Below are positions 18,495-28,236 of a stretch of 64,000 nt of DNA, piece by piece. The DNA comes from a virus (taxonomy: Duplodnaviria; Heunggongvirae; Uroviricota; Caudoviricetes). Position numbers and translations under genes: made by a program. The notes under the pieces were generated by a model. The model worked only from the letters and a program-made list of their open reading frames with translations, was not told the DNA's origin and did not search any database. Position 1 is the first letter of the stretch; each line of letters opens with the position of its first letter. The stretch lies in the IMG/VR virus record IMGVR_UViG_2938655777_000006, positions 80,983 through 144,982 of that record; one strand, written 5' to 3'.

Positions 18495-19331
18495 GTGATG
18501 AATATGTTTATATCTCCAATGCTCTTAGAGTACGCAGAGGACAATAAACCATTTAATGATGATAAGTATATAACAGAATTAAAACTAGATGGAATAAGAT
18601 TGATCGCTAGCAATATTGATCGGCCTAGATTGTATACGCGACACAATAATGAAATTACTTCAAATTTCCCTGAATTGATCGATTCGTTAACCATTCCAGC
18701 AGGTAGCATAATTGATTGTGAGCTGATCGTATCTGACATAGATGGTAAACCCAATTTTTCGGCAGTTATGGAGAGGTTCAAATCAAATAAAAGTAAGCAT
18801 AAAGTTACTGCTTGTGCGTTTGATATCATTAAATATAAAAATAAGGACATAACTAAGCTGTCTTTGATTGAACGCAAGGATTTACTTGATGAATCATTCA
18901 TTGAAAACACTTACTATACAAAATCCAAATTTCTTATTGGTAGAGGTATCGAGTATTTTGATTTGGTGAAACAGCAAGGATTAGAAGGAACCGTTCAAAA
19001 ACTGATTGACTCTAAATATGAAATAGGTAAAAGGTCTTCCGCATGGGTGAAAGTAATTGCTTATGAAATTGATGAATTTTTTATTGTTGGCTATCGAAAA
19101 GAAGATTTCGGATGGCTGCTATCAGATGGAGAGCGTGTACTAGGGGTAATGGAACTGGGAGTAGGAAAAGCAGAAAGACAAGCAGGTTATAAGGTTTTTC
19201 AACAACTCAAGACCAAAGAGACTCGTGATACGGTATATCTTCAGCCTGCTATTAAATGTATTGTTAAACATAGAGGTTATACCAAAAACAATATGTTGAG
19301 ATTGCCAGTGTTCGATAAATTCGCAATTTAA
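18495..19331 (+). CDS. lig: ATP-dependent DNA ligase (minimal, ~275 aa)
   Basis: Motif I ELKLDGIR (adenylation Lys), motif IV EGTVQK, motif V AWVKV; start GTG 18495 or ATG 18498/18504. Confidence 0.6.
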   Translation: MMNMFISPMLLEYAEDNKPFNDDKYITELKLDGIRLIASNIDRPRLYTRHNNEITSNFPELIDSLTIPAGSIIDCELIVSDIDGKPNFSAVMERFKSNKSKHKVTACAFDIIKYKNKDITKLSLIERKDLLDESFIENTYYTKSKFLIGRGIEYFDLVKQQGLEGTVQKLIDSKYEIGKRSSAWVKVIAYEIDEFFIVGYRKEDFGWLLSDGERVLGVMELGVGKAERQAGYKVFQQLKTKETRDTVYLQPAIKCIVKHRGYTKNNMLRLPVFDKFAI

Positions 19332-19344
19332 AGGAGGTGATAAG

Positions 19345-19950
19345 TTGGCTGAACGTTTATTAAAATGCCCCATATGCGGACAGTATGGGCGCAAAGTGGA
19401 CATGATTAGAGAAACAGATAAGCGGCATTACCATAGAGAATACTGTCATGAGAAATGGAAAAGGGAAAGAATTTTTAAACGAAAAGAGCAAGAGGAATTA
19501 GATTCGCTAACAGACACCATAGTAAAGATACATAAGCTACAAGGCAGGTACTCTGTACCTAAAACTTTTTATCCATTTATTCAAGACTTGAGAAATGATT
19601 CGGTGTTATTTGGTAGGTTGGATAAAAAGTATAAACAAGGAACTTCATATGAAGTAATCAAAAATACATATGAGTATTGTTCTGAAAAGATAGAGTGGGC
19701 TAGAGGGAATAAAGAATTTAAAAACTTAATGGCTGAATTAAAATATTGCTTTGCAATAGTAAAGAACAACATTGAGAACTCCATTAGAGCAAGTAGACAA
19801 ACTCAGCGAAACCAAGTTGAGTCTGAAGCATTAACTAAGCATATAGAAGCAATGAGTGATGTCCATGATAAAATAACTAAGATTCAAATTAGCAATGTAG
19901 CAACAAATGATGAGTCTGACCAGATTGATGTTACAACACTGTTTGATTGA
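19345..19950 (+). CDS. Zn-ribbon protein (possible helicase-associated/loader; inference)
   Basis: N-terminal CPICGQYG...HYHREYCH; TTG start after taaaGGAGGTGAtaag; immediately upstream of helicase. Confidence 0.45.
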   Translation: MAERLLKCPICGQYGRKVDMIRETDKRHYHREYCHEKWKRERIFKRKEQEELDSLTDTIVKIHKLQGRYSVPKTFYPFIQDLRNDSVLFGRLDKKYKQGTSYEVIKNTYEYCSEKIEWARGNKEFKNLMAELKYCFAIVKNNIENSIRASRQTQRNQVESEALTKHIEAMSDVHDKITKIQISNVATNDESDQIDVTTLFD

Positions 19951-21493
19951 GGAGGGCGATAACATTTCTGACGTAATATCTACAATTGAAGACATCTCTA
20001 CTGAAACGTTAGTGGTGGGAAGCTTTTATTTGAACCCTGATTTACTTTTAGACTATAGCGAAGTAATTAAATCAAAGTATGATTTTAATCAGCCAACGGC
20101 TAGGTTTATGTATGATTCATTACTTGATTTATATAGCCAACATGCAGGAACAGAAATAAATGAAGTAAAAATAAATATTTATATGAATTCAAATGATGAG
20201 CGAAAAAAGAAGTATGACTATTTGAAAGGCTATTCATACATAGATAGAATTACGAAGATTGTTGATTTGGATGATTTCCCTGTTTACTATGAAAAACTTA
20301 AAAAATTCTCTCTTCTTAGAGAGTTTGAGCGAAAAGGATTCCCAGTCCAAAAGTTAATGGACAGAAAAGATTTTGACAAGATTGGGACTGAAGACATTAT
20401 TAAAGGAATGGAGTATCAGATCAACACCATCGGTACAGTGATTGGTGGAGTCGAAGATAGTGTTATTTTGGGTCACAACATGCCTGAAAAGATTGAAGAA
20501 TGGAAGTTGGCTCCAGATGTGGGCATACCGATACCTTTTGAGATAATCAACACATTGCTACGTGGACTTAGAAGGAAAAAGTTTAATCTTTTTGGAATGC
20601 ACAGTGGATGTGGTAAGAGTCGTACTACAAGTAAAATTGCTTGTTATCTAGGTATTAAGTTGAAAATTCCTGTGTTGGTGCTAGTTAATGAACAGGATGA
20701 AAATGAATGGTTAGGTATGCAGATCAGCAGCGTTCTGAACAATCCTGAGTTTGGATTCGATATTCAAATGAAACGAAGGGGTATCGACGGAATTGATGAA
20801 ACGAAGATTGTAACTGGAACACTGACTGAGGACGAAGAAGAGATTGTTAAGGAAGCAGCCCGATACATAAAAGAGAACAGTAAAATCTATTTTTTAGAAT
20901 TAAATAAGTACGATGAAAATACACTCAAGCGACAAATCAAAAGACACAAGCTAAGAAATTGTCAGTTAATAATTTATGACACAATGAAAGCACCAGATCA
21001 TGATTGGATGACTTTCGTAAGAACTGCTGACATGCTTAAAGAGGTAGCAAGCACTGAAGACATTCCTGTTTGGTCTACTTTTCAATTGACTGACGACAGT
21101 TTGTTTAATGATATGTTGACAAGCCAAGCTATTGCTAATGGTAAGCATATTAAGCACGTAGCTGATGCGCTAATGATGGCTAAACCAATACCTAGGGATC
21201 AGTATGATAAGTTTGTGATATATAATCCTAACGATCCTTTTCTTGGCGAGTCTACAACACAATTAGAAATACATACAAACTATTATATGGTTGTTATTGA
21301 TAAAAACCGTGGCGGCAAGGACAAGGATATCTTATGCTTTGAGGTCGATAAAGGTAAAAATATATGGATTGAGAGGGGCTATCTTGTACCTTCTGAAAAC
21401 GAGAAGGAATTAAAACAACTCAAAAAAGAGAGCAAAAAGCTTAAAACAGAAAAGCAGGTCAAGGATTTGAAAAAGGCACTTAACAAAGAGTGA
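19907..21493 (+). CDS. DnaB-like replicative DNA helicase
   Basis: Walker A FGMHSGCGKSRTT, DnaB C-terminal RecA-like domain; start ambiguous (ATG 19907 overlaps previous gene by 44 nt without SD; in-frame ATT 19964 lies 8 nt after GGAGG). Confidence 0.6.
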   Translation: MMSLTRLMLQHCLIEEGDNISDVISTIEDISTETLVVGSFYLNPDLLLDYSEVIKSKYDFNQPTARFMYDSLLDLYSQHAGTEINEVKINIYMNSNDERKKKYDYLKGYSYIDRITKIVDLDDFPVYYEKLKKFSLLREFERKGFPVQKLMDRKDFDKIGTEDIIKGMEYQINTIGTVIGGVEDSVILGHNMPEKIEEWKLAPDVGIPIPFEIINTLLRGLRRKKFNLFGMHSGCGKSRTTSKIACYLGIKLKIPVLVLVNEQDENEWLGMQISSVLNNPEFGFDIQMKRRGIDGIDETKIVTGTLTEDEEEIVKEAARYIKENSKIYFLELNKYDENTLKRQIKRHKLRNCQLIIYDTMKAPDHDWMTFVRTADMLKEVASTEDIPVWSTFQLTDDSLFNDMLTSQAIANGKHIKHVADALMMAKPIPRDQYDKFVIYNPNDPFLGESTTQLEIHTNYYMVVIDKNRGGKDKDILCFEVDKGKNIWIERGYLVPSENEKELKQLKKESKKLKTEKQVKDLKKALNKE

Positions 21494-21511
21494 GTCAAGA
21501 GGTGATATAAA

Positions 21512-22549
21512 ATTGATGCTCAAACTTTAAAAGAAAACATAATAAGAGACAATAAAGTTGCAGATATTTTAACATCTCTCGGTTGTCACATTAATGATAG
21601 GATGTCTACCCATGGTGAAATAAGATCGACAAGGCCAGGAGGAGATAATCCTTCTAGCCTTCAGGTTTTTACTGACACTTTACTTGTAAATTGCTACACT
21701 AATCCTCTTCCCAAACTAGGGAGTGGGCATCCAGACATCATAACACTCGTTCAGCATTATAAGGATATCTCGTTTTCAAAGGCCATGTACTATATCTGTG
21801 AAGTTTGTGGATATAGTTACTACGCTGATTACAAACATACAAAAGTAGAAATAGATCCATGTCTTCAGTTCCTAGATTCAATAGAACCAAAGACCGAAGC
21901 TTACGATGAAGTCCCATTGAGAAAAGTAGATGATACTGTTCTGAACTCTTACATAGCTATCCCCAATAAACTATTTCTTGATGAAGGAATAAATTACGAA
22001 ACACAGAGATTGTTCGAAGTCGGGTATTCTCTTAGGGATAACTGTATAACAATACCGATCAGAGATGAGTTAGGAACGCTCGTTGGGGTCAAAGGAAGAA
22101 CTACGCTTGATTATAAAACATTAAAAACGTCGAAGTATTGGTTCCCTATACCTACCCCAAAGAGCCAAATACTATACGGTTTAGATAAGAGTTACGATCA
22201 CATCAAAAAGGCTGGCAAAGTAATTGTGTGGGAAGCTGAGAAGAGTGTCCAGAAGGCGTGGAGCTATGGTATTAAGCATACTGTGAGTGTTGGTGGACAT
22301 GAACTGAGCAAAACACAGGTTTTGAAGCTTGAACGTTTGGGGGTTGAGGTAATATTGGCTTTTGATAACAACATAAGCGCTTCTGATCTAAAAGAAGAGG
22401 CAAGTAAATTTGTCATTAGAGATAATGTTTATTGTATTTTAGCGCATAAAAACAGAAATATTCTTGAAGAGAAAGACGCTCCTATAGACAAAGGGATAGA
22501 CTTTTTTATGACATTAATGAACGAAGAAAAATACAAAATTCCTGTCTGA
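21512..22549 (+). CDS. DnaG-like DNA primase
   Basis: TOPRIM-like VIVWEAEKS / ILAFDNN; N-terminal Zn-finger-like LGCH...HGE lies upstream of the first ATG (21602) in a frame open from 21506 with no canonical start; SD GAGGTGA + 6 nt + ATT 21512. Confidence 0.5.
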   Translation: MDAQTLKENIIRDNKVADILTSLGCHINDRMSTHGEIRSTRPGGDNPSSLQVFTDTLLVNCYTNPLPKLGSGHPDIITLVQHYKDISFSKAMYYICEVCGYSYYADYKHTKVEIDPCLQFLDSIEPKTEAYDEVPLRKVDDTVLNSYIAIPNKLFLDEGINYETQRLFEVGYSLRDNCITIPIRDELGTLVGVKGRTTLDYKTLKTSKYWFPIPTPKSQILYGLDKSYDHIKKAGKVIVWEAEKSVQKAWSYGIKHTVSVGGHELSKTQVLKLERLGVEVILAFDNNISASDLKEEASKFVIRDNVYCILAHKNRNILEEKDAPIDKGIDFFMTLMNEEKYKIPV

Positions 22550-22574
22550 GTAAAATATAGTTTTTATCTAATTG

Positions 22575-22598
22575 GAGGCGTAAGAACCTCCTTTTTTA
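22575..22598 (+). terminator. rho-independent terminator
   Basis: GGAGG-cgtaagaa-CCTCC stem followed by TTTTTT, directly after the primase gene. Confidence 0.55.
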
Positions 22599-22648
22599 TA
22601 CTTCAAAATACTTTACTATATATAAATGAAAATAATGAAATAAAACTG

Positions 22649-22677
22649 TTGACTTATATTAAACAAATAAATATAAT
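22649..22677 (+). promoter_or_regulatory. consensus sigma-A-type promoter (early-type)
   Basis: TTGACT (22649-54) - 17 nt - TATAAT (22672-77), A/T-rich upstream element; drives gene at 22707. Confidence 0.55.
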
Positions 22678-22706
22678 GAAAATATGAAACAGAGAGGGAT
22701 GGTCAC

Positions 22707-22952
22707 ATGTCAAGTCATCAACTTGCTGACTTAGAGCCGACAGAGGACTTAGGTTTAGCAACTCATGTTTTGGTAACAAAGAATTTATGTGGTGGATTAG
22801 ATTTAACAGAGGGGGAGTTATATGTCTTAGGAAGGTGGGAATCTAGCATTAGCAGTATAGGTGAAGCCGAGTTGTTCATAGTAAATGATGCAGGGTTTGA
22901 ATCGAGTTCGTTCATGATGTGCTCCAGAAAAGTATTCTATAGAATAAAATAA
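22707..22952 (+). CDS. hypothetical protein (81 aa)
   Basis: First ORF downstream of the consensus promoter; RBS agagaggga. Confidence 0.45.
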   Translation: MSSHQLADLEPTEDLGLATHVLVTKNLCGGLDLTEGELYVLGRWESSISSIGEAELFIVNDAGFESSSFMMCSRKVFYRIK

Positions 22953-23064
22953 CAATTCGATACATAGTAGAGGTTGATCGTAAAACCATTCATAGCTAAC
23001 AACCTCTCAACTTGCTAATGTGACCATATAAAAGTTGGAATTTATAAGAATGGAGAGATGCTAA

Positions 23065-23523
23065 ATGAGCAAAAAGGCAATGTGCATTAATAACAATCAG
23101 GCAACGAAGAGTAGAAAAGAGTTTGTTCAATATCTAATGTCGCTGGACGAGCTAAAAAAGTCAGATGGCAATCATGTTTACTACTTGACGCATACATACA
23201 ACAACGATCCTAACAGGAAGCTTTACTTTAAGGCCCCCTATGATCTCGATACTATAAATGCAATTTGTGCCTATATTCAATTCGAATGTTCTGAAATTGA
23301 AATGTCTTATTCAATGGACGAGTCAGAGGTTATTGAGATCCTTGAGAAATTTTACAGTTGCAGTAGTACATTTTCTGCTGATAAAGGTGACGTTAAGACT
23401 GCTCAAAAGATTGATTTATATTTTAACTGGGAAACACATTGCGGTTCTAATGTTCAAACGGTGAGTTCATTGAAAAGAAAAGGAATGGACAAATATTTTA
23501 AAAGATATGTTGATGGCTTTTAA
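23065..23523 (+). CDS. hypothetical protein (152 aa)
   Basis: RBS aatGGAGagatgctaaATG. Confidence 0.45.
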   Translation: MSKKAMCINNNQATKSRKEFVQYLMSLDELKKSDGNHVYYLTHTYNNDPNRKLYFKAPYDLDTINAICAYIQFECSEIEMSYSMDESEVIEILEKFYSCSSTFSADKGDVKTAQKIDLYFNWETHCGSNVQTVSSLKRKGMDKYFKRYVDGF

Positions 23524-23573
23524 GTGAGGGTTTATAAAATTTGAATTTTACATAGAACGGAGGAAGTGATCCT

Positions 23574-23768
23574 TTGTGGAGAAAAATGTTTAAATTCTTT
23601 GGAGCAAAAGTTATATATACAGTTGATTATGATGGAGAGGTTAGAATTAGATTTGCTAATAAGCTCACTTATGATAGATGGGCCTGCTATGAGATAGACA
23701 AGAAAGTAGTTTTATTTAAAGACGGTTCATCTTCTGGGAACTATATAAAAAATTGGGGTTGGCTATAA
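23574..23768 (+). CDS. hypothetical protein (64 aa, TTG start)
   Basis: GGAGGAAGTGA 4 nt before TTG. Confidence 0.4.
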   Translation: MWRKMFKFFGAKVIYTVDYDGEVRIRFANKLTYDRWACYEIDKKVVLFKDGSSSGNYIKNWGWL

Positions 23769-23809
23769 AAGAAGAGTTTTACTTATAGACACAAAAGAAA
23801 GGAGACAAC

Positions 23810-24232
23810 ATGAGAATTAAATTGGAAGGACACGAATTCGTAGAAACAGCAAAGCAATATTTTAAAAATGAATATAACTCTGACTTATATAGTGTATCAG
23901 GCAATCTTGGTTACGATGTTTTACTAGAAGATTTTTATAAATGCGTGGAGTTAAATTATTCAAAACCGAATAATACACTATATAATATAAAACCTTGCAT
24001 GGAATATGCTTCTTATGAGTGTAATTTTGTTCGCAAGCTACGAACAGGAGATGTAGTCGGTATACTGGATAAACATTTGGAGAGTATGGGTATAAAGCGA
24101 GCTTCAATGCCCTCCTATGTATTTGTTCCAGATGAGAGAAGTAAATTCGCATTCATGAATCCATGTTCATTTACTAGTGGAGTTCTTAGTGGAATTATAC
24201 ATATTGAATTTGATATCAAAAATATGGACTAA
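23810..24232 (+). CDS. hypothetical protein (140 aa)
   Basis: RBS aaaGGAGacaacATG. Confidence 0.45.
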   Translation: MRIKLEGHEFVETAKQYFKNEYNSDLYSVSGNLGYDVLLEDFYKCVELNYSKPNNTLYNIKPCMEYASYECNFVRKLRTGDVVGILDKHLESMGIKRASMPSYVFVPDERSKFAFMNPCSFTSGVLSGIIHIEFDIKNMD

Positions 24233-24260
24233 TAAAAATATACTTTTAAGGAGAAACGAT

Positions 24261-24440
24261 ATGAAAAAGATTTTTGCTAGTTTTCTACTATTTGTTTTAT
24301 TGGTGGTTGTAAGTGCAGGGGTTGGTTATGGAATTGAAAAAATTAGCTCGGATATGATTTTCCCATTGTCAGCGATCTATGGGGCTGCCGCCTTTATGTT
24401 GTTTTCAAAGACCCAAAGAATCATAAACGATACACTGTAA
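24261..24440 (+). CDS. small membrane protein (59 aa)
   Basis: MKKIFASFLLFVLLVVVSAGVGYG...; RBS taAGGAGaaacgat. Confidence 0.4.
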   Translation: MKKIFASFLLFVLLVVVSAGVGYGIEKISSDMIFPLSAIYGAAAFMLFSKTQRIINDTL

Positions 24441-24542
24441 TAGCAAACTTTAAAACAAAAGGAGAATAATACATATGACTAAAATTGCAATTGTAAAACA
24501 CAACGGAAGTCAAACACATACACATTCTACACTGACATTGAT

Positions 24543-25043
24543 TTGGAAAAAGACGATTTGGTTGTTTGTGACACTCAAAAAGGCTATGAAACTGGTAGAG
24601 TATTGAGAGTTACTGAATCCATTCAAGGGGGTAAGCCTACAAGATGGATTGTGTCCAAGGTAGACACGAAGAGCCATGTAGAACGAGTAGGGAAAGAAAA
24701 ACGGATTAGTCACCTAAAGCAACAGATTGATATGAGAAGAAACGAATTCTCTGATGAATATATTAATGAATTGATTTCTTTGAAGGATAAAGCGATGTAC
24801 TCTCTACTAAAAGAACTTTATGAGCTAACTAACAAAAAAAGTAATAACACCAAAAATGACATTGAGTTAAAAGATTCATTTTATTTTGAAAATCAGAACG
24901 GCGATCAGCTTTTAGCAGTCAGAGAGAATAAACGATATGCTGTTTCTGTAGTAGGTCTTACAAAGGTATGGACATATTATTACCTCATTGAAAAAGTAAA
25001 AGAAATGATTTCTACAGGAGAATGGAAAGTGATTGACCAATGA
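24543..25043 (+). CDS. hypothetical protein; probable C-terminal part of a gene split from SD-led ATG 24475
   Basis: Strong SD AAAGGAGAA + 7 nt + ATG 24475 opens a 42-codon ORF in the +1 frame overlapping this ORF by 60 nt; this ORF has only a TTG. Confidence 0.4.
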   Translation: MEKDDLVVCDTQKGYETGRVLRVTESIQGGKPTRWIVSKVDTKSHVERVGKEKRISHLKQQIDMRRNEFSDEYINELISLKDKAMYSLLKELYELTNKKSNNTKNDIELKDSFYFENQNGDQLLAVRENKRYAVSVVGLTKVWTYYYLIEKVKEMISTGEWKVIDQ

Positions 25044-25258
25044 AAGATCTAAACGAATTTTGGTTGAGTAGTAAACAGATAAATAAAAAAATTCAGAGAA
25101 ACAAGATATTATATTTCTTGACTAGAAGAAAGAAGTACAAAAATGAAATTGAACGCTTGGCTGGGGCTAGTATGAGTAGTTATAAATTTAAAACTCGGTT
25201 TAGATACAAATATTGAAAAGTAAAAACAAGATTTTATAAAAAGGAGTGATGGGTAACT

Positions 25259-25444
25259 ATGAACAATGAAATGAGTATGACAATAGAAAGTATCTCAGTA
25301 ATTGATAAGCAGATGAAAAAGATTGAGAAAAAGATAAAAGAAGCCAGCAAAGGGTCAGTCGAATATGCTTTCTTGCTTAAAGAACAACTTAGATTGGCTC
25401 AAATGGAAATAAACATACTACGTCACAATATGAAGAATGGGTAA
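25259..25444 (+). CDS. hypothetical protein (61 aa)
   Basis: RBS aaaGGAGtgatgggtaactATG. Confidence 0.4.
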   Translation: MNNEMSMTIESISVIDKQMKKIEKKIKEASKGSVEYAFLLKEQLRLAQMEINILRHNMKNG

Positions 25445-25466
25445 AACTACTATTTTATAAGGAGCG

Positions 25467-25706
25467 ATGACAGCGATGACACAAGATTTAGAACCAACAA
25501 CTACACTAAAAGAAAAAGCGGATATTGTGTTTATCAAGATAACTTCAGGTGTTTATCGAATACATAAAGATAGAAAAGGAAGATTTTCAGGTAGATTCTA
25601 TGTAGGGACGCAGGAAGTTTTGGATGCTTTGAATTATGAGAATGTTGTTATTTTAAGAAAACATAAACACGGGGTATCCTTGCATGATAATTTCAATGAT
25701 TTTTGA
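25467..25706 (+). CDS. hypothetical protein (79 aa)
   Basis: RBS ataAGGAGcgATG. Confidence 0.4.
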   Translation: MTAMTQDLEPTTTLKEKADIVFIKITSGVYRIHKDRKGRFSGRFYVGTQEVLDALNYENVVILRKHKHGVSLHDNFNDF

Positions 25707-25728
25707 AAAGAAAAGGAGATAGCGAATA

Positions 25729-25875
25729 ATGAATGAACTGGAATTAAAATTAGGCATATACACAGACGTATTGTATTCAAAAGTGGAGCTGTTTCGGAAG
25801 CAAGGTAAGGAGGAAGTGGCAGATGAAATCATGATTATAATCAATGAGCTGCTTGCTATTCAAGGGATGATTTAG
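25729..25875 (+). CDS. small hypothetical protein (48 aa)
   Basis: Hand-translated MNELELKLGIYTDVLYSKVELFRKQGKEEVADEIMIIINELLAIQGMI; AAAAGGAGA 9 nt upstream. Confidence 0.3.
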   Translation: MNELELKLGIYTDVLYSKVELFRKQGKEEVADEIMIIINELLAIQGMI

Positions 25876-25891
25876 GAGAGTGGATAGAGCA

Positions 25892-26053
25892 ATGAATACA
25901 AGCGAAGTATTGACCGAGGAGCAACGACAAAACATGGTTAGCTTCATCAAAAGAACTTTTGGTAAGAGTGTAAATGATGGTGAATTAACAAATGATGATC
26001 AGATTAAAAATATCCATAACGAGGCTGTAAATTATTCGGATTGGGGATTGTAG
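25892..26053 (+). CDS. small hypothetical protein (53 aa)
   Basis: Hand-translated MNTSEVLTEEQRQNMVSFIKRTFGKSVNDGELTNDDQIKNIHNEAVNYSDWGL. Confidence 0.3.
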   Translation: MNTSEVLTEEQRQNMVSFIKRTFGKSVNDGELTNDDQIKNIHNEAVNYSDWGL

Positions 26054-26104
26054 TGAAGCGACAGCCGAATAAAGTTATAGTCCCTAGAGGGCGAGGAGAG
26101 GGGT

Positions 26105-26323
26105 ATGAAATATTTTCACATGGAAATTTATTTATCTGGCGGAAACATAATTGACATTTTGAAAGCAGATCAAGAATTAATGAATAAAATTGCAGACTTT
26201 GCAGTAATGGGTAGCGACGATAAATCATCACCTGATTGGCTTGTTTTCGACCACAACAAAGCAAAGTATAACATAAATCGTAATTTAATATGTGCGGTAA
26301 AGAGCTGGGAAACGGAAGTCTAA
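26105..26323 (+). CDS. hypothetical protein (72 aa)
   Basis: RBS gcgAGGAGAGGGGtATG. Confidence 0.4.
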   Translation: MKYFHMEIYLSGGNIIDILKADQELMNKIADFAVMGSDDKSSPDWLVFDHNKAKYNINRNLICAVKSWETEV

Positions 26324-26405
26324 ACCATATATAAGAAGTTATATAAAAAGTAGAAATAATGAATTATATGTCTTTAAACTAACCTGAACTGAGGAGTGAT
26401 TAGAT

Positions 26406-26537
26406 ATGGCAAGTATCAAAGTCATAAACAAACAGACAGGAAGGGAGAACAGGCATCTCACTTACAATTTTATGAAGGCAATTAACAATGATCTTAAAAT
26501 TACACTACCTGAAAAATTCAAAATAAGTATTCAATAA
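26406..26537 (+). CDS. small hypothetical protein (43 aa)
   Basis: Hand-translated MASIKVINKQTGRENRHLTYNFMKAINNDLKITLPEKFKISIQ; RBS tGAGGAGTGAttagat. Confidence 0.3.
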   Translation: MASIKVINKQTGRENRHLTYNFMKAINNDLKITLPEKFKISIQ

Positions 26538-26624
26538 ATTGGTGAAAGGAGTGATTCAACCATAGTTTGGAAGCAAAAGCAACCTAAAATTCCGTTTGAG
26601 TCTTACGACAATACATATAGTAAG

Positions 26625-28199
26625 TTGGCTAAAATTAATGGGATTGAAGATATTGATCAATTTCTCAATCCATTATCGAATGTGATATGCGATTCATATT
26701 TACTTAAAAATATTGATGCATTAGTAACCCGAATTATTTTGGCAATACGCAACCATGAAACAATCACAATATCAGGAGATCCTGATTTTGACGGGGCAAC
26801 ATCGCTAGTAGAACTGTACAAGTACCTTAAAAATTTCACAGACGATGTACATTATGTATGCAATGAACGAAGCGAAGGTCACTCGATCGATAATTTAATT
26901 GATCAAATTCCTAAACGAACAAAGTTGTTTATTGCTGTAGATAGTTCAAGTAATGATACAGAATCGATGAAGGCATTGGTTGATAAAGGTATTGACTGCT
27001 TAATTATTGATCATCACACCATTACTAACGATAATCCCTATGCGATTATAGTGAATCCTCAGCAAGAAGGATGTAAATATCTAAATAAAAATGCTTGTGG
27101 TGGATTACTTGTGTTCAAAGTTTGCGAGGTAATTGATGATTACATGAATACACATTATGCACATCAATTATCTGACTTGCCGGGATTTTCATTGATGGCA
27201 GACATGATGTCAATGATGGAGTTAGAGAATAGATATTTTGCGAAACTATCCTTGAAGGGATTACGACATGCAGGATTAAAAGCGCTATTTTCAGCTATGA
27301 ACTTTGACTTAAGCAACCTTTCTGCGACAGACTTTCTTTATGGTGTAAGCCCTGCTGTTACGGCAGCTACAAGAGCAGATAATATTCAATTAGCAATAGA
27401 CTTCTTAATGTGTGATGAAGACTCACCAGAGATTAAAACAATAGTAAAAGAATTGATCAAGTTAAATGAAAATCGTAAAGTAATCCAAACTGAAGCATTA
27501 GTTAGATTGAAGTCCTTGGTTAATGAAAACGACAAAGTTGTTATTGTTATTGATCATACTCTTGGAAAAGGGATGAATGGACTGGTGGCACAAGAACTGT
27601 CCAGAACATATAGTAGGCCAGCAATTGTACTTGGGAATGGAGACAGTGAAGATACATATGCAGGAAGCTTTCGAGGTTTAGAAGATTTTTCAATGTTAGA
27701 ACTATTAAATAGTTGTAAAAGCGTTAATTATGCGGCTGGACATGATGCTGCTGGTGGAATTCAATTACTCAAAAATAATATTGATGCATTACGCGAAGAA
27801 CTAAATGAAAAATTGAGGAACTTTGTTGCAGATAACTCTATATATTATGATCTTGACTTCGATCTAACAGAGGTAAATGAAAACTTAATTAATTATTTAT
27901 CAGAATTTTATCGTATTTCAGGCAACCAGTTCAAACAAGGTAAATTTCTCATAAAAGGTCTATTTGTATCAGATAAGAAGTTGATGGGTAAATCCAACAA
28001 CACAGTTAAGATTGACTGCGACAAGCTTCAGCTTATGAAGTTTAAGACTGACGTAGATTACTATAAAAGTGTTCCAGTCTTTAGTGAGATAGAAGCAATT
28101 GGAACGTTAAATATAAATGTATGGAAAGTTTACAGACCAAAATTCAAAGTTACTAAAACACTCCAATTATTTATAGAAGAATACAGAGAAAATAATTAA
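26625..28199 (+). CDS. RecJ-like DHH-family single-strand DNA exonuclease/phosphoesterase
   Basis: DHH motifs DPDFDGATS, LIIDHH, and DHHA1 AAGHDAAGG; TTG start after gaaAGGAGTGA... region. Confidence 0.6.
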   Translation: MAKINGIEDIDQFLNPLSNVICDSYLLKNIDALVTRIILAIRNHETITISGDPDFDGATSLVELYKYLKNFTDDVHYVCNERSEGHSIDNLIDQIPKRTKLFIAVDSSSNDTESMKALVDKGIDCLIIDHHTITNDNPYAIIVNPQQEGCKYLNKNACGGLLVFKVCEVIDDYMNTHYAHQLSDLPGFSLMADMMSMMELENRYFAKLSLKGLRHAGLKALFSAMNFDLSNLSATDFLYGVSPAVTAATRADNIQLAIDFLMCDEDSPEIKTIVKELIKLNENRKVIQTEALVRLKSLVNENDKVVIVIDHTLGKGMNGLVAQELSRTYSRPAIVLGNGDSEDTYAGSFRGLEDFSMLELLNSCKSVNYAAGHDAAGGIQLLKNNIDALREELNEKLRNFVADNSIYYDLDFDLTEVNENLINYLSEFYRISGNQFKQGKFLIKGLFVSDKKLMGKSNNTVKIDCDKLQLMKFKTDVDYYKSVPVFSEIEAIGTLNINVWKVYRPKFKVTKTLQLFIEEYRENN

Positions 28200-28236
28200 A
28201 TAAAAATAATACATATAAGAACGGAGAAATATACAT

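Noticed and set aside
18401-18910. 169-aa minus-strand ORF
   Set aside because: Overlaps the ligase gene and its upstream region antisense; low-complexity Ser/Leu-rich; all supported genes in the window are on + strand.
23258-23464. 68-aa + strand ORF inside 23065..23523
   Set aside because: Internal alternate frame of a longer ORF; Leu/Arg-rich artefact.
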